A DNA stretch of 53,736 bases from a virus. Taxonomy: Duplodnaviria > Caudoviricetes. Of the stretch, positions 26,501-34,671 are shown in pieces (positions within the stretch are counted from its first letter, which is position 1; every line of letters begins with the position of its first letter). Made by a program: the position numbers and the translations under genes. Below the pieces are notes generated by a model. The model was not told the DNA's origin. It searched no databases and was given only the letters and a program-made list of their open reading frames with translations. The stretch spans positions 1-53,736 of the IMG/VR virus record IMGVR_UViG_3300037485_000603, one strand, 5' to 3'.

Positions 26501-29500
26501 GTTCTCTTCCGTGATGACCTCAAAGCCCTTGTCGCTCTTGGCCCAGGATTCAAACTTCTTGATCTCGTCGTAGAGGACGATGCCGAACTCTTCCGGGTGC
26601 ATCACCAGGGCTTCGGTCTTCAGATACTGAGACAGCCTGGGGCCGGCGCGGAACGGACCATCACCGCCGTAAAGCTGGTTCTGACCGCTGGTCTCACCCA
26701 GGCACAGACCCTCACACCGGGCCGACTGCGGGCAGGTAGACAGGTTGCGCTCGTTGATCTTCTGGGCGCTGGCAAGCCCAAGCCCCAGGGACGCCACGCT
26801 GTTCTGGATGTCTTCCGGAAGCTGGTACTCGTTCAAACGGGTCTTCTGCAGCTTCCCGTTTTCACCAAGGAGGGTGCCGACGTTGTGCTCGTCCTTGAGC
26901 ACCTGCCGGGCCTGGGCGAGCTTGGCACGCTGATCTGCCGGCGAGAGTTGCTTGTACGCAGAGATGGCAGACTCAAGGCCCTTGCCGATGTCACCAATCG
27001 TCGTGGTCTTGGCGATAGCCTCGCTGCGCGGCTTGTAGAGCGTGAACAGCTTGGTCATCTTCATCTTCTCAGCGAAGGCATTGCCCTCTGCCAGTTGGAT
27101 GAAGAAATCCTTCCGGCCATCCGAATGCTCCATGTCGAACTGGAGCATCTCCGGCGGCACCTGAACCATCACGTTGGCTTCAATCGGACCCTGATCGATG
27201 TTGCCAGCCCTGGTCCGGACAGCAGCAGGATTGGACTCGTTGGTCAGATAGATCCGGTTGGACGTTGGGCTGGTCGCCTTGAGTCTCTTGGTCTTGGCGA
27301 CTTCCCGGGCGGACAGATTGCTGGTCGGGAAGTACAGGGTGACCGTGCCATTCGCGTTGAGCGGCACGTTCAGAACAGGATGGTTCTCTTTGCCCTTGGC
27401 AAGCTCTTTCTCCCCATACGGGGCCTTGATGGAGAGCTTGGGCGTTTCAACGGGCACCTCGATCTGCCCCGCCGAGGTATAGGGAAGGATGCCGTTCTGC
27501 TCTTCGTACTTCTCCGCGTCCGCATCCTCCTTCTCGGAGTCTTTCCAAGAATCGGGCGCGACGGGGCCGGCACGAAGCTCGCCCCGCTCCACCTTCTTGA
27601 AGATCCGCTCTGCATCAGGCTCGGCGCCGAATGCTTCCTTGATGGACTGGAAGAAGGTCCACAACTTCTTCACCAGAGCCTGGAGCATCCCAGGAGGGGC
27701 CTTGGTGGCCCTGAAGTCTGCGAAGGCATCAGCGATAGCCTCCTCCAGCATCGCCTCCTCGTCGCCGCCGTAGAACTTCATGTAGGCGTCGTACCGGGAC
27801 ATCTGCCCTTCTTGCAGAGGCTGTCTGTTTACATTCTTCTTCTTCAGGTACTGATCGACCCACTTCTCCTTGGCCTGCCGCTCAAGAGACTTCCACTGGG
27901 CCGGGGTGAAGAACCCAAGCTCCTTCAAGGCATGGATGGCCTCATGCCGCAGAGCAACGACAGGATCCACAGCATCAAGTGCCAGACTGAGAACCTTGGA
28001 GGCGTACTCCCCTTCAGCCTTCATGTCCGCCACAAGCCTGAGAGCCACATCCCTCAGTCCATAACGCGACATTATTCTTTGCAGAGCCTTGCCGAGCGCA
28101 TCGATCTTGGCCTGGATCTCAGCCGGCACTTCCTTGGCCTCTTTGACCGGCTCAGTTTCCCGGACAGAAGGCTTCTCCTCGGGCTTCTCTGCCTTGGGCT
28201 CCATCTCCTTGCGGATCTCTTGCACAAGATCAGGAGAGCTTGACCAGTTATCCCAGGCCGCTCTCTGCTGGCGGAGTTCCTTCTCCCGCTTCTTGAGGGC
28301 ATCGGGATCCTTGATGTCGATCCCTTCCTTCTTGGCGATCTCCGGGCGCCTGCTGGCGCCAGAGATGGCAGCAAGACGCTGGGCCAGTTGGTTCTGCTTG
28401 AGGGTGGCGATCTTCGCCATCTCCTCCGCTTCCCTCATGGCCGAGTCATCGAACCCAAAGAGATCACCACCACCCTCCGGCGCGGGACGGCCCTTGGAGA
28501 CCTCCTGCACCGCCTTGATGATGTTTACAGCAGCAAGAGGGCTCTTGCCCTCCTGGATAGCCTTTACGCCGACTGCTTGGAGGCGGGAGTCTCCAGGGGC
28601 TGCGTTTGCGATTGCGGCTGCGCCTGCGTCAGATACGATATCGGCGCGATGCGCTCCAACAAGCTCTTCACTGCCGTTCTTTGCGATGGCGAAAGCTGGC
28701 TTTCCCGGGGACCGCCCCAGGAGTCCTCTAGCCGAGGCGTCTTCTTCGGAGATCCCTGATTTCCTGAAGTAGGCGACATAGTCTCTTCCCTTTCCTTGTT
28801 GATCCCGGATGTTCAACTCAGCATCCAGGATCGACGCCTGATCTGCATCGAAACCAGTAGCCTCATCATGGACCTGGGCGCGGATCAGCTTATCGCCGCT
28901 ACGCTTCGCCAGATCAAACCTGTGCCGACCGGAGATGATCTCCAGCCTGCCGTCGTTCCTGCGCCAGACTTGGATGGGGGCAACACCTCGCTGATCGAAG
29001 GTTCCCTCCAGCTTCTCAACAATACCTTCAGTGTCGGCATCACCCTTGAACTGCGGCACTTCCTTTGACAAGGACAGTTGATCCAGGGGCAGTTCAACAA
29101 TTGGGTAGTTGAGGATGAAGTTCTGGACCGGCTTTTCCTTAGCCGCATCCGCCGCAACTTCTTCTTCCTCTTTGGTCATAGCCACAGCAGGAGGCTTGAC
29201 CGGCTCAACAACCTCCGGCTTTGCTTCTTCTGCAGGCTTCTCCGCCACGACAGGTTTTGTCGGCGCAGCACCTTCTCCAGGTTGTGTGGCCGGCTGTGTA
29301 GCTGTTTGTGTAAACAGATCAGGCGGGACAGTCTTCTCTCGGGGAACCCGCTGCGTCAGGATGGATTGGAGCGTGGATGCCCGCTGCTCCGGCGGCAGGT
29401 TCATGGCATATGCCCTTGCCTGATCCAGAGTGCCGACTGATCCATCGGGGAAGCGGAAGACGTCCTCTCCTTCGGGGGCCGTTGAAACAACAGGCTCAGT

Positions 29501-30646
29501 GGGGGCGGCGGGCGGCGTCACCGGGGCAAGAGGCTGTTCTGCACGCCGAGCAGCCTCGATCTCCCGGCTCATCCTGCGAGCGAAAGCCGAGTCGGACTCG
29601 CCCTCTTGTTGACCCGGCAAACGCTCCACGCCAGTGCGAGGAACAGCAAGTCCACCACCCAGGATAGCCCCGGCAGCACCCTCCATCGCGCCAGCACCGA
29701 ACACATTCCTGAACAAGGGAACATCAAAGCCCTCGCTCCGCAGGGCAATGTTCTGGGCAAGCTGGGACTGAGAAGCCTGGGCAAACTCAGGGGCGCCTTC
29801 CTTGAGAGCGCCAAGCCCCACGCGGGACATCAGCCCACGCTCAGCCTCTCGAAGAGCTTGTTGCTCTGCAACATCTTTGACCGCGCCCCGACTCAGCAGG
29901 CTGACAAGAGGGCGCTCGACACCAACACCGCCAGCCAACGCACCCAGGCCACCGGCGACGGCCAGGGATGGAAGGTTGGTGCTTGCGTAGGACTGAGCCT
30001 CCTGAGCCTTGGCCTTAGCCATCTCTGGAGAAGCACCCTTGTTGAGGTACTCCCTCTCTACCGCCTCATAGATAGAGCCCTTGACCTCGCCAACGCCCAT
30101 AGCCGCACCCACGGCAGGCATGGCTACGGCACCAAGGCGAGCAGTCCCAAGAACAGCGCCAACAGGACCAGATGCCAATCCAGCGATGAGGACCGGGGCA
30201 GTGGAGCCAAGCGCCTGGGAAAGGGTATCAACCGGCGCAACAAAGAAAGCCTGGAAGCCAGCCTTCACCTGATCAAGAACGCCCTTGTCCTCGGCATCCT
30301 TCAGGATCTGGGCTACCCGGCGCTGATCCTTCTGTGCCTCTGCGGACAGAAGATCTGCCAGCCATGTATCAGCACTCTTCAGCGCTTCAGAGGCAGAAGA
30401 CCCCGCGCCGAACAGATCGGCCAGCATCCGAATGCCACCAACACCCCCTCGGGCCACTTGAAGGGGAACATCCAGCGCTTGCCGGAAGAATCCGCTTTGT
30501 TCAGGCTGGGGCGGGGCCGTGACGGGCGCCGCAGGTTGCCCAAGCTGAGACTGAACATACTGGATGATCTGATCTTGTGTTGCACCACGAGGAGCATCAA
30601 CAAGATACTTCTTGCCATCCGGCGCGGAAACTTCATAGGTCGGCAT
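20570..30646 (-). CDS. 3358-aa large polyvalent / internal virion protein (ParB-like, zincin HExxH, Gp88-like, second ParB-like, ART-like, LPD38-like C-terminus)
   Basis: IISGRHRF; HEAIH; CPQSARCEGLC...RLNVTSD...FYDYTK; GHEGRHRM; EEIQSDW domain; RPLVVYHGT...LKNP...YDGI...PEQIKSA; NYW...IPIPFEIG. Confidence 0.85.
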   Translation of the reverse strand: MPTYEVSAPDGKKYLVDAPRGATQDQIIQYVQSQLGQPAAPVTAPPQPEQSGFFRQALDVPLQVARGGVGGIRMLADLFGAGSSASEALKSADTWLADLLSAEAQKDQRRVAQILKDAEDKGVLDQVKAGFQAFFVAPVDTLSQALGSTAPVLIAGLASGPVGAVLGTARLGAVAMPAVGAAMGVGEVKGSIYEAVEREYLNKGASPEMAKAKAQEAQSYASTNLPSLAVAGGLGALAGGVGVERPLVSLLSRGAVKDVAEQQALREAERGLMSRVGLGALKEGAPEFAQASQSQLAQNIALRSEGFDVPLFRNVFGAGAMEGAAGAILGGGLAVPRTGVERLPGQQEGESDSAFARRMSREIEAARRAEQPLAPVTPPAAPTEPVVSTAPEGEDVFRFPDGSVGTLDQARAYAMNLPPEQRASTLQSILTQRVPREKTVPPDLFTQTATQPATQPGEGAAPTKPVVAEKPAEEAKPEVVEPVKPPAVAMTKEEEEVAADAAKEKPVQNFILNYPIVELPLDQLSLSKEVPQFKGDADTEGIVEKLEGTFDQRGVAPIQVWRRNDGRLEIISGRHRFDLAKRSGDKLIRAQVHDEATGFDADQASILDAELNIRDQQGKGRDYVAYFRKSGISEEDASARGLLGRSPGKPAFAIAKNGSEELVGAHRADIVSDAGAAAIANAAPGDSRLQAVGVKAIQEGKSPLAAVNIIKAVQEVSKGRPAPEGGGDLFGFDDSAMREAEEMAKIATLKQNQLAQRLAAISGASRRPEIAKKEGIDIKDPDALKKREKELRQQRAAWDNWSSSPDLVQEIRKEMEPKAEKPEEKPSVRETEPVKEAKEVPAEIQAKIDALGKALQRIMSRYGLRDVALRLVADMKAEGEYASKVLSLALDAVDPVVALRHEAIHALKELGFFTPAQWKSLERQAKEKWVDQYLKKKNVNRQPLQEGQMSRYDAYMKFYGGDEEAMLEEAIADAFADFRATKAPPGMLQALVKKLWTFFQSIKEAFGAEPDAERIFKKVERGELRAGPVAPDSWKDSEKEDADAEKYEEQNGILPYTSAGQIEVPVETPKLSIKAPYGEKELAKGKENHPVLNVPLNANGTVTLYFPTSNLSAREVAKTKRLKATSPTSNRIYLTNESNPAAVRTRAGNIDQGPIEANVMVQVPPEMLQFDMEHSDGRKDFFIQLAEGNAFAEKMKMTKLFTLYKPRSEAIAKTTTIGDIGKGLESAISAYKQLSPADQRAKLAQARQVLKDEHNVGTLLGENGKLQKTRLNEYQLPEDIQNSVASLGLGLASAQKINERNLSTCPQSARCEGLCLGETSGQNQLYGGDGPFRAGPRLSQYLKTEALVMHPEEFGIVLYDEIKKFESWAKSDKGFEVITEENGEKSRVKKQVYTPAIRLNVTSDFPPKMLKPFIEGFPGVRFYDYTKLATPGPIADNHHLTYSSDGAAQVVEGKTVGVGSNWDAMIKRLNNGFNVAMAFTSKRDMPDFVLDEKTGDKFQVWNGDNYDARFLDPRPGQKGNLFNKGMIIGLTNKDRTGRPEDAALRHDGFFVDYDRQRDGNTVVIRDQEKIKAGKKIIPIAKPSLRETDATWSDRRIDKLINDYGYIDGRTFGIAAYVNPQDFIGATTPSKEFADEIKAEAGKLDREQIARQSQTPFLEWDIEKGVIIGHEGRHRMAAMAAEGVESAPVVLYVKDRFGSKKPDQYERRDSVEIKGQRFQSGRGLSLTATKLIPLEYRQTKALKEEFGGESKVKFSLRDKLGLYSELEAKVSQGPGKGTAEAWKGYINGLTQKGVKPEEIEWSGVRDWLDLQKGSVTKEDLLAYLKNGGVQVEETVLGGREPWRERLDLLETRGYRNLSAAEKEELEELRDRFDREGPTTAPESSQAQYSQYSLPGGENYREVLLTIPDISRSEHERAKRAWVSYQEQMQEKYNGSFAWRRKATKEENAEADRLIAELDKAAYGAPQNRPEYRSSHWKQPNVLAHIRVNDRTDAEGNKVLFVEEIQSDWGQEGKKKGFIAGDWRESFKEWKRGLRERAKLFYLDAADTEEERATAIRMGEKLAAREDIDSIAKVMDERRQMEEAWDKAVALRDRIPAAPFVTKTEGWLNLALKRIMVMAGEGGYDKVAFVNGDQSAERYDLSKQVDSISYEPTGKGYSINVMAGGRNVKDGNFTRSELEDIVGVEIVKKMDAREGKQPFDPEVEPALADTRELSGLDLRVGGEGMKTFYDTIVPTAVKKLLPKVGGGQMTDVNLLKDSMRKYDKEVMKEDLRRLGEGGFRAKYAHDQQPGFDVTPAMKERVRTTGLPRFSLRDTVNVDGTERPTTSSTNKPIYPNEEGTKNFWRWFKDSAVVDGDGRPLVVYHGTAADFSEFMRRPPQKAIDGLDSIGSWFTDNRARAQDYGPVTMPSYLSLKNPLVLDSFQELRDLWKDSQPTRGPAAKAHKANRHWGSSDAFLDEMYGLYDGIIIKKHGNAEWKDQNAYIAFRPEQIKSAIGNVGKFDPVDPSIKASLRDTTDPVTRARVDQITTPREEKSFIKRITEAIAPKSASSFRAAFLDRYNRLSEYDKELVRLMGGAPLLADASSHGAALMSDLSAGVLAGAMGVHDGVGGIPVYVNGHTKIVNNNNTVKGPIAIFAPLAKYNDPFIYQKYQTWAAINRGIRLYGQGRETGIITPADRATAAQILKDHPEFKDIHDEWIKFNNGLVQYLKDTGVLSEEAAKEFVKYSDYIPFYRQADGEETVGPQIFASLSGVRAPKKLKKSDLPIGEFLETVVRNVQYSIEAGMKNVAAQRAVNTAVAIGQANRLNYVSSAPNVVKVLENGKTSYYETKDMLFVEAMKSLNLGDLPFIGLLAGPANVLRNLVTKDPAFMLANMMRDSVSAWVSSGVKMTPMVDTMTNFGKALRGQNPEYSALLNSGVIGGYDYSQGVEISARRFDRALRKKAGIYTTGEKLARPFTSLWDALETGTQASDAATRMEVYKKTLAATGNEAEALFRAVEVMNFNRKGNNPLVRVLTAAVPFLNARMQGLDVLYRAAFGKGTEANAKEIQTSFFIRGMTIAALSTMYWMLVHEDDEWKKQEQETRDNYWILGDVKIPIPFEIGVLFKVIPERILEYSFGDDTGKDFLKSMARQLTSTLAFNPIPQTALPIVESVTNYSFFTQRPIVSQGLESVAPAYQVGPSTSRLAELAGEASKGLPTALQLSPMKVDQMIRGYTGTLGGYMVDLFDAIYDMNSDSPKASKRFEQMPVIKRFAVDPEARGQVTAYYELKNSVDEAVRTANLLERSMKPQDWADYVQENQGLFLTKDYVLDMEKSMKDFREMKTFVRASDMDADEKRDITLNITTMENNMASNIQHIKKMIAAQ

Positions 30647-30648
30647 AT

Positions 30649-32277
30649 TTAGTTACCACCAGTTTGTGCAGGCACTTCCCTCATTCTCCATGCGCCGGGG
30701 AGGGGGACTCCGGCCAACTGGCCCAGTCTGGCAATAGCCGCATCTTGATTTTTAATTTCGTCGCTATCTCTAAATGCTTTTTCAAAATCTTGTTGCATTT
30801 GTTTCCATTTGTCTACATCTTCCGGCTTTGCGCCCGAAGCAGATGCTTTCATAGCGGCCATCTTGACCGGCATACCTTTTAGCCATTCCTCCTTGGCGTC
30901 CCGATAAGACTTCTCTCTATTCCCAAGGGCAATCGTAAGTCTTTGGACATTTGTTGCCTCCCGGGCCGCTGCCGTGCTGTCGCCCGCCGCCCTGGCCTTT
31001 TCCCGCTCAGCGTCGGCACTCCGCATCCGGTAATCGATGTCTGCCTGCGTCTTGCGCATCTCAACCGCCAACTGGGCCTGAGCAAGTTCTGCGTTGCGCT
31101 TGCCTTCCGCATCGTTTGTGAGGATGGCGAGCTTCCTCTGCTCTTCCAGAGCCTGAGCCTCCATGTACTGAGAGTTGAGAAGGCGGATCTTGTCGCTGAG
31201 GGCGGAAATGCCTTCTTCTGCCTTCTCGGCACGAGACCTGCGCTCACCAAGTACCTTGGCTCCACCGGCAGACAGAGAACCAAGCACCTTGCCCTTCTCA
31301 GTGTTGATGGATGCAGCCAAAGCAAGGAGAGCCTCTGGATCCTCGATCAAGGGACGGCGGGCAGAATCAAGCCTTCCCTGAAGTTGGCGGATGCCTTCTT
31401 CCCGGATCTTTCCAGAATCCTCCTGGATCTTCTGAAGCTGTCCAGCACGCATCTCCTCAAGCCGACCTCGCGCTGCCTTTATCTCAGGGCTAACTTCTCC
31501 TTGTTTGCCCCGGATATCCATGAGCTTTCTATAGTCGTCTTCAAGACGACTAGCATATTGAGTAAGGCCCGGGTCAGAGAGCGCCGCAAGCCCTTGTCTT
31601 TTTTGCTCAGGTTCCTCCCTAGAGACTTGCTTTACCGAAAAGCCTGTGCCAGAAGACGCGGAAGAGGCTGCACTAGCTCCAGCATTTGTTGAGGGAGCGG
31701 TTTCCTGCTGTTGCGCTAGCCAAGGATGTTCCTTCAACATCCGTTGCACTGCAGGCTCAGACTCGGCTTTTTGAACAAATTCAAATTGCTCGCGAATCTT
31801 TTGCCGGCGCTTTTGTTCTTCTTGAGCTTGTCTGTCCTCCTCGCTAAATCCCGATCCACCTTCTGGGCTAAGCTGAGCAACGACGTCTTCATCAAGATTG
31901 TCAATACCCTCAGCAATACCCCCGCCGAGGGTATAAGACTTCATCTCCCCGCCAGACGCGGCCATTTGAGTCATAACCTCATCTGCCACGGGAGGTTGTT
32001 GCTGCGCTGCAGCATTCTGGGCCATTGCCTGCTGACCCTCCACTCCCTGCTGCAAAGCCTTGGCCTTCATCGCATCAGCATAGGCAGATGCCACAGCCCA
32101 CTTGGGGCGGAAATCGTTGGTGTCGTTGTAGAGCCTGATCAGTTCTTCCGGGGGAAGCTGTTTCAACGACGCCGTGAAAGCAACAGGATTCCTCCCCTGT
32201 TGCCCGGGAAGAGCGGAGAACGACCCAGCCTGACCGGGCATCTGTCCTCTTTGCATCAGGGTCTGAAGTCCTGCCAT
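30649..32277 (-). CDS. Putative internal virion (ejection) protein
   Basis: Ala/Gln/Glu-rich helical protein directly upstream of the giant protein. Confidence 0.65.
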   Translation of the reverse strand: MAGLQTLMQRGQMPGQAGSFSALPGQQGRNPVAFTASLKQLPPEELIRLYNDTNDFRPKWAVASAYADAMKAKALQQGVEGQQAMAQNAAAQQQPPVADEVMTQMAASGGEMKSYTLGGGIAEGIDNLDEDVVAQLSPEGGSGFSEEDRQAQEEQKRRQKIREQFEFVQKAESEPAVQRMLKEHPWLAQQQETAPSTNAGASAASSASSGTGFSVKQVSREEPEQKRQGLAALSDPGLTQYASRLEDDYRKLMDIRGKQGEVSPEIKAARGRLEEMRAGQLQKIQEDSGKIREEGIRQLQGRLDSARRPLIEDPEALLALAASINTEKGKVLGSLSAGGAKVLGERRSRAEKAEEGISALSDKIRLLNSQYMEAQALEEQRKLAILTNDAEGKRNAELAQAQLAVEMRKTQADIDYRMRSADAEREKARAAGDSTAAAREATNVQRLTIALGNREKSYRDAKEEWLKGMPVKMAAMKASASGAKPEDVDKWKQMQQDFEKAFRDSDEIKNQDAAIARLGQLAGVPLPGAWRMREVPAQTGGN

Positions 32278-32279
32278 GA

Positions 32280-33128
32280 TCACGTTCCTTGCTTGTTACC
32301 CATCAGCAGGTTGTAGAACGCCAGCCCACCAAGACCACCCTGCATCATGTTGCCGAAGGTGGAGGTGCCGGGGTTGTACGGCTGTGAACTGACAGGCATA
32401 CCGCTAACAATGTCCCGCATGAAGCTAAGCTGTTTATACGGGTAGTTCATGGAGTCGGAAAAGTCCTTGGCGCCAAGATCCAGAGGAGCCTGCTCGATGC
32501 CCCGCTGGATGGTCCCGGCCTTCATCTGCTCACCGATGGTGTCAATGTCTTGCTTGGCGCCAAACTGACGAGACATTTCTCCAAGACGCTGACCTTCGAG
32601 ACCCAGGGTCGCCTCGCCCAGGCGCTGCTTCTGCGCCTGCTCATACGCAGCCATGAGTCCCTTGGACTGAATGTCTCCGATCTGCGTGCCGAGGTTGCGC
32701 TGACGCTCCGCCTCCATGATCGCCTGACGACTGCCACCGTAGGCGCCGGCCTGGGCGAGACGCGCTTGCTCTGAGGTGCGACCAATGTCAGCGGTCCTAC
32801 GCGCCTCCCGAGCCTGGACATCAACGACGTTCTGCAGGAACGGGTTCATGTAGTCCTGGACAGAACCAACAGGACCGAGGCCCGTGTTGAACTGCCCGGG
32901 CTGATACGTGCCGATGTTCCCTAGGCCTGTAAACGCCTTTTCCTCAAGAGGGGAGTACCCGGCCTTGACCTGCCCGGTCACAGGATCCTTGGTCTCATAT
33001 GCGGTTCGCGGGCCGGTGTATGGCTGGTATCCCTGTTGCGCAAGGCCCCAGGCACGATTCAGCATGTCCGTGAGGTAGCCCTCAAAGCCCGGGGCAACGG
33101 TCCCGCTCGGATTGATTTCACCCATCAT
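32280..33128 (-). CDS. Putative DNA-transfer/ejection protein
   Basis: YMNPFLQNVVD, AGAYGGSRQAI and Gly-rich hydrophobic C-terminus. Confidence 0.7.
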   Translation of the reverse strand: MMGEINPSGTVAPGFEGYLTDMLNRAWGLAQQGYQPYTGPRTAYETKDPVTGQVKAGYSPLEEKAFTGLGNIGTYQPGQFNTGLGPVGSVQDYMNPFLQNVVDVQAREARRTADIGRTSEQARLAQAGAYGGSRQAIMEAERQRNLGTQIGDIQSKGLMAAYEQAQKQRLGEATLGLEGQRLGEMSRQFGAKQDIDTIGEQMKAGTIQRGIEQAPLDLGAKDFSDSMNYPYKQLSFMRDIVSGMPVSSQPYNPGTSTFGNMMQGGLGGLAFYNLLMGNKQGT

Positions 33129-33817
33129 GCGCTCCTTTGCAGTTGGTGCATCAAGGCATAAAGCGCCGGTGCGCCGCCCGCTTGGTCAACCTGCGCCTTT
33201 GGGACATACATCTCGCCATTGGAGACGCGGGCCGGAGTCCTTCCGGCGATTGTCGCAGGGATGTGATCGCTTGTGCCAGTCCCTGGACCCCGGATCAGTT
33301 GGGCCTGCGGTAGAAGCTGGCGGATACCTTGAGGTGTGCCGTTCTTGACTGCGTCGGCGGTCAGGACAAACCCTCCGTCTTCCATAGGAAGAGGATTCTG
33401 TTTGGTGCCGGTAACCATCCCTCCGGAGGCATAGGCTTCCATCAGCCCGCCGTTGGCAGCGAACTTATGAACGGCTGTTGGACCATACCGCCCGGGCGCC
33501 ATCTCCCGGGTCACCTTGGATGGCGAGAGCTTCAGATTGACCCCGCCGCGTTCCTTTTGAGTGCCTTGCAGTCCTCCGGCCAGAAGCCCAAGAAGACCGG
33601 CAAGCCCTCTGGGCGACATCAGCCCTTGGCCCAATCCTTTGGCAGAAGCGAGGAGCGTATCTACGATGCTGCTGCCTACATTTGCGCCGGACGGAGGAAG
33701 GAAGTACGAAGATGGAACGCCGATGTTGAAGCCCATAGCCGCCGCTACGTCATCATTAGACAAAGCGGGCAACGGTATTTGGGGGTCAGAAAAGTCTGCG
33801 TAATAGTAATCGTCCAT
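33125..33817 (-). CDS. Putative virion protein with AxGG motifs and GPGTGTSD domain
   Basis: IRGPGTGTSDHIPA...ARVSNGE; FAANGG, YASGG. Confidence 0.7.
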   Translation of the reverse strand: MDDYYYADFSDPQIPLPALSNDDVAAAMGFNIGVPSSYFLPPSGANVGSSIVDTLLASAKGLGQGLMSPRGLAGLLGLLAGGLQGTQKERGGVNLKLSPSKVTREMAPGRYGPTAVHKFAANGGLMEAYASGGMVTGTKQNPLPMEDGGFVLTADAVKNGTPQGIRQLLPQAQLIRGPGTGTSDHIPATIAGRTPARVSNGEMYVPKAQVDQAGGAPALYALMHQLQRSA

Positions 33818-33818
33818 G

Positions 33819-34664
33819 TCACGCTCCAAACTCGTAGTTCGTTATGGGGCCGTAGCGTCCTGCGACCGTCTGCCGTTCCCAAGCAGGTTGCGCCGGTTCT
33901 TGCGCAGCTTGTTCTATCGCGGCCAGCACAGCGTAGGTGTCCGGGCTGATGCCCACGTCGCCGGAGGCGTTGCCCGTGGGGGCAGACCCTTGAGAAGGCG
34001 CAGATGCCCCGCCGAGCAGTCCAGTCAGCCCGCTTGAAGAGGAGCTGGGGGCACCGCCCCGGGAGCCACCCACAGCGTCCGACACGCCCCGGTTGACTGC
34101 GGAGCCCAGCCCAGACAGGTTCACTGCAAGCCCGCCAAACGGGCTCATGCTGTTCGCAAGAGATGTGAGCCCTGCCTGAGCGCCCGCGCCTGCGGCCTTG
34201 CCCGGGTTGTTCTCGAAGAGCCCTTCCAAGATGCCAGACGGAATGCCCGTCTTGGCGCCGATGAGCCCTGCAGCAAGCCCAGGCACCACTTCGGCTGGCG
34301 TCAGCCTGCCTTCTATGAGCCCGTGAATGTTGGCGATGCCCTTGCCAAGCGCAGACACCGTGCCGTAGCCAGGGATCATGCTGACAAATGCGGGGACGGC
34401 GTAGTTCAGGACGTTGTGGACGTTCTGTGCAGCAAGGGCTTGCTCGATGTTCTGATTGAAGCCCGGGATACCCATCTTCCCGAGACCGATGTCATTCAAG
34501 GTATTCAGGGTCGCGTAGCTAAGCCCCGGAGAGTGCATTGGTCCGGTTTGCGAAGCGCCCATCCCTGGGATACTTTCGTTTATACCGTATCCGTATCCGA
34601 GTCCGTAGTCGCCGAAATTCTCGCCGCTAAGATCTGAGCCGCCAGGGCCAGTTTCGCCGTCCAT
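33819..34664 (-). CDS. Gly-rich putative virion protein
   Basis: GAGG RBS; Gly/Ala-rich. Confidence 0.65.
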   Translation of the reverse strand: MDGETGPGGSDLSGENFGDYGLGYGYGINESIPGMGASQTGPMHSPGLSYATLNTLNDIGLGKMGIPGFNQNIEQALAAQNVHNVLNYAVPAFVSMIPGYGTVSALGKGIANIHGLIEGRLTPAEVVPGLAAGLIGAKTGIPSGILEGLFENNPGKAAGAGAQAGLTSLANSMSPFGGLAVNLSGLGSAVNRGVSDAVGGSRGGAPSSSSSGLTGLLGGASAPSQGSAPTGNASGDVGISPDTYAVLAAIEQAAQEPAQPAWERQTVAGRYGPITNYEFGA

Positions 34665-34671
34665 CTCTACC

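Noticed and set aside
26330-28243. 637-aa + strand ORF and other long antisense ORFs (e.g. 1835-2893, 3397-4410, 23564-24577)
   Set aside because: Shadow frames of GC3-rich genes with no recognisable motifs
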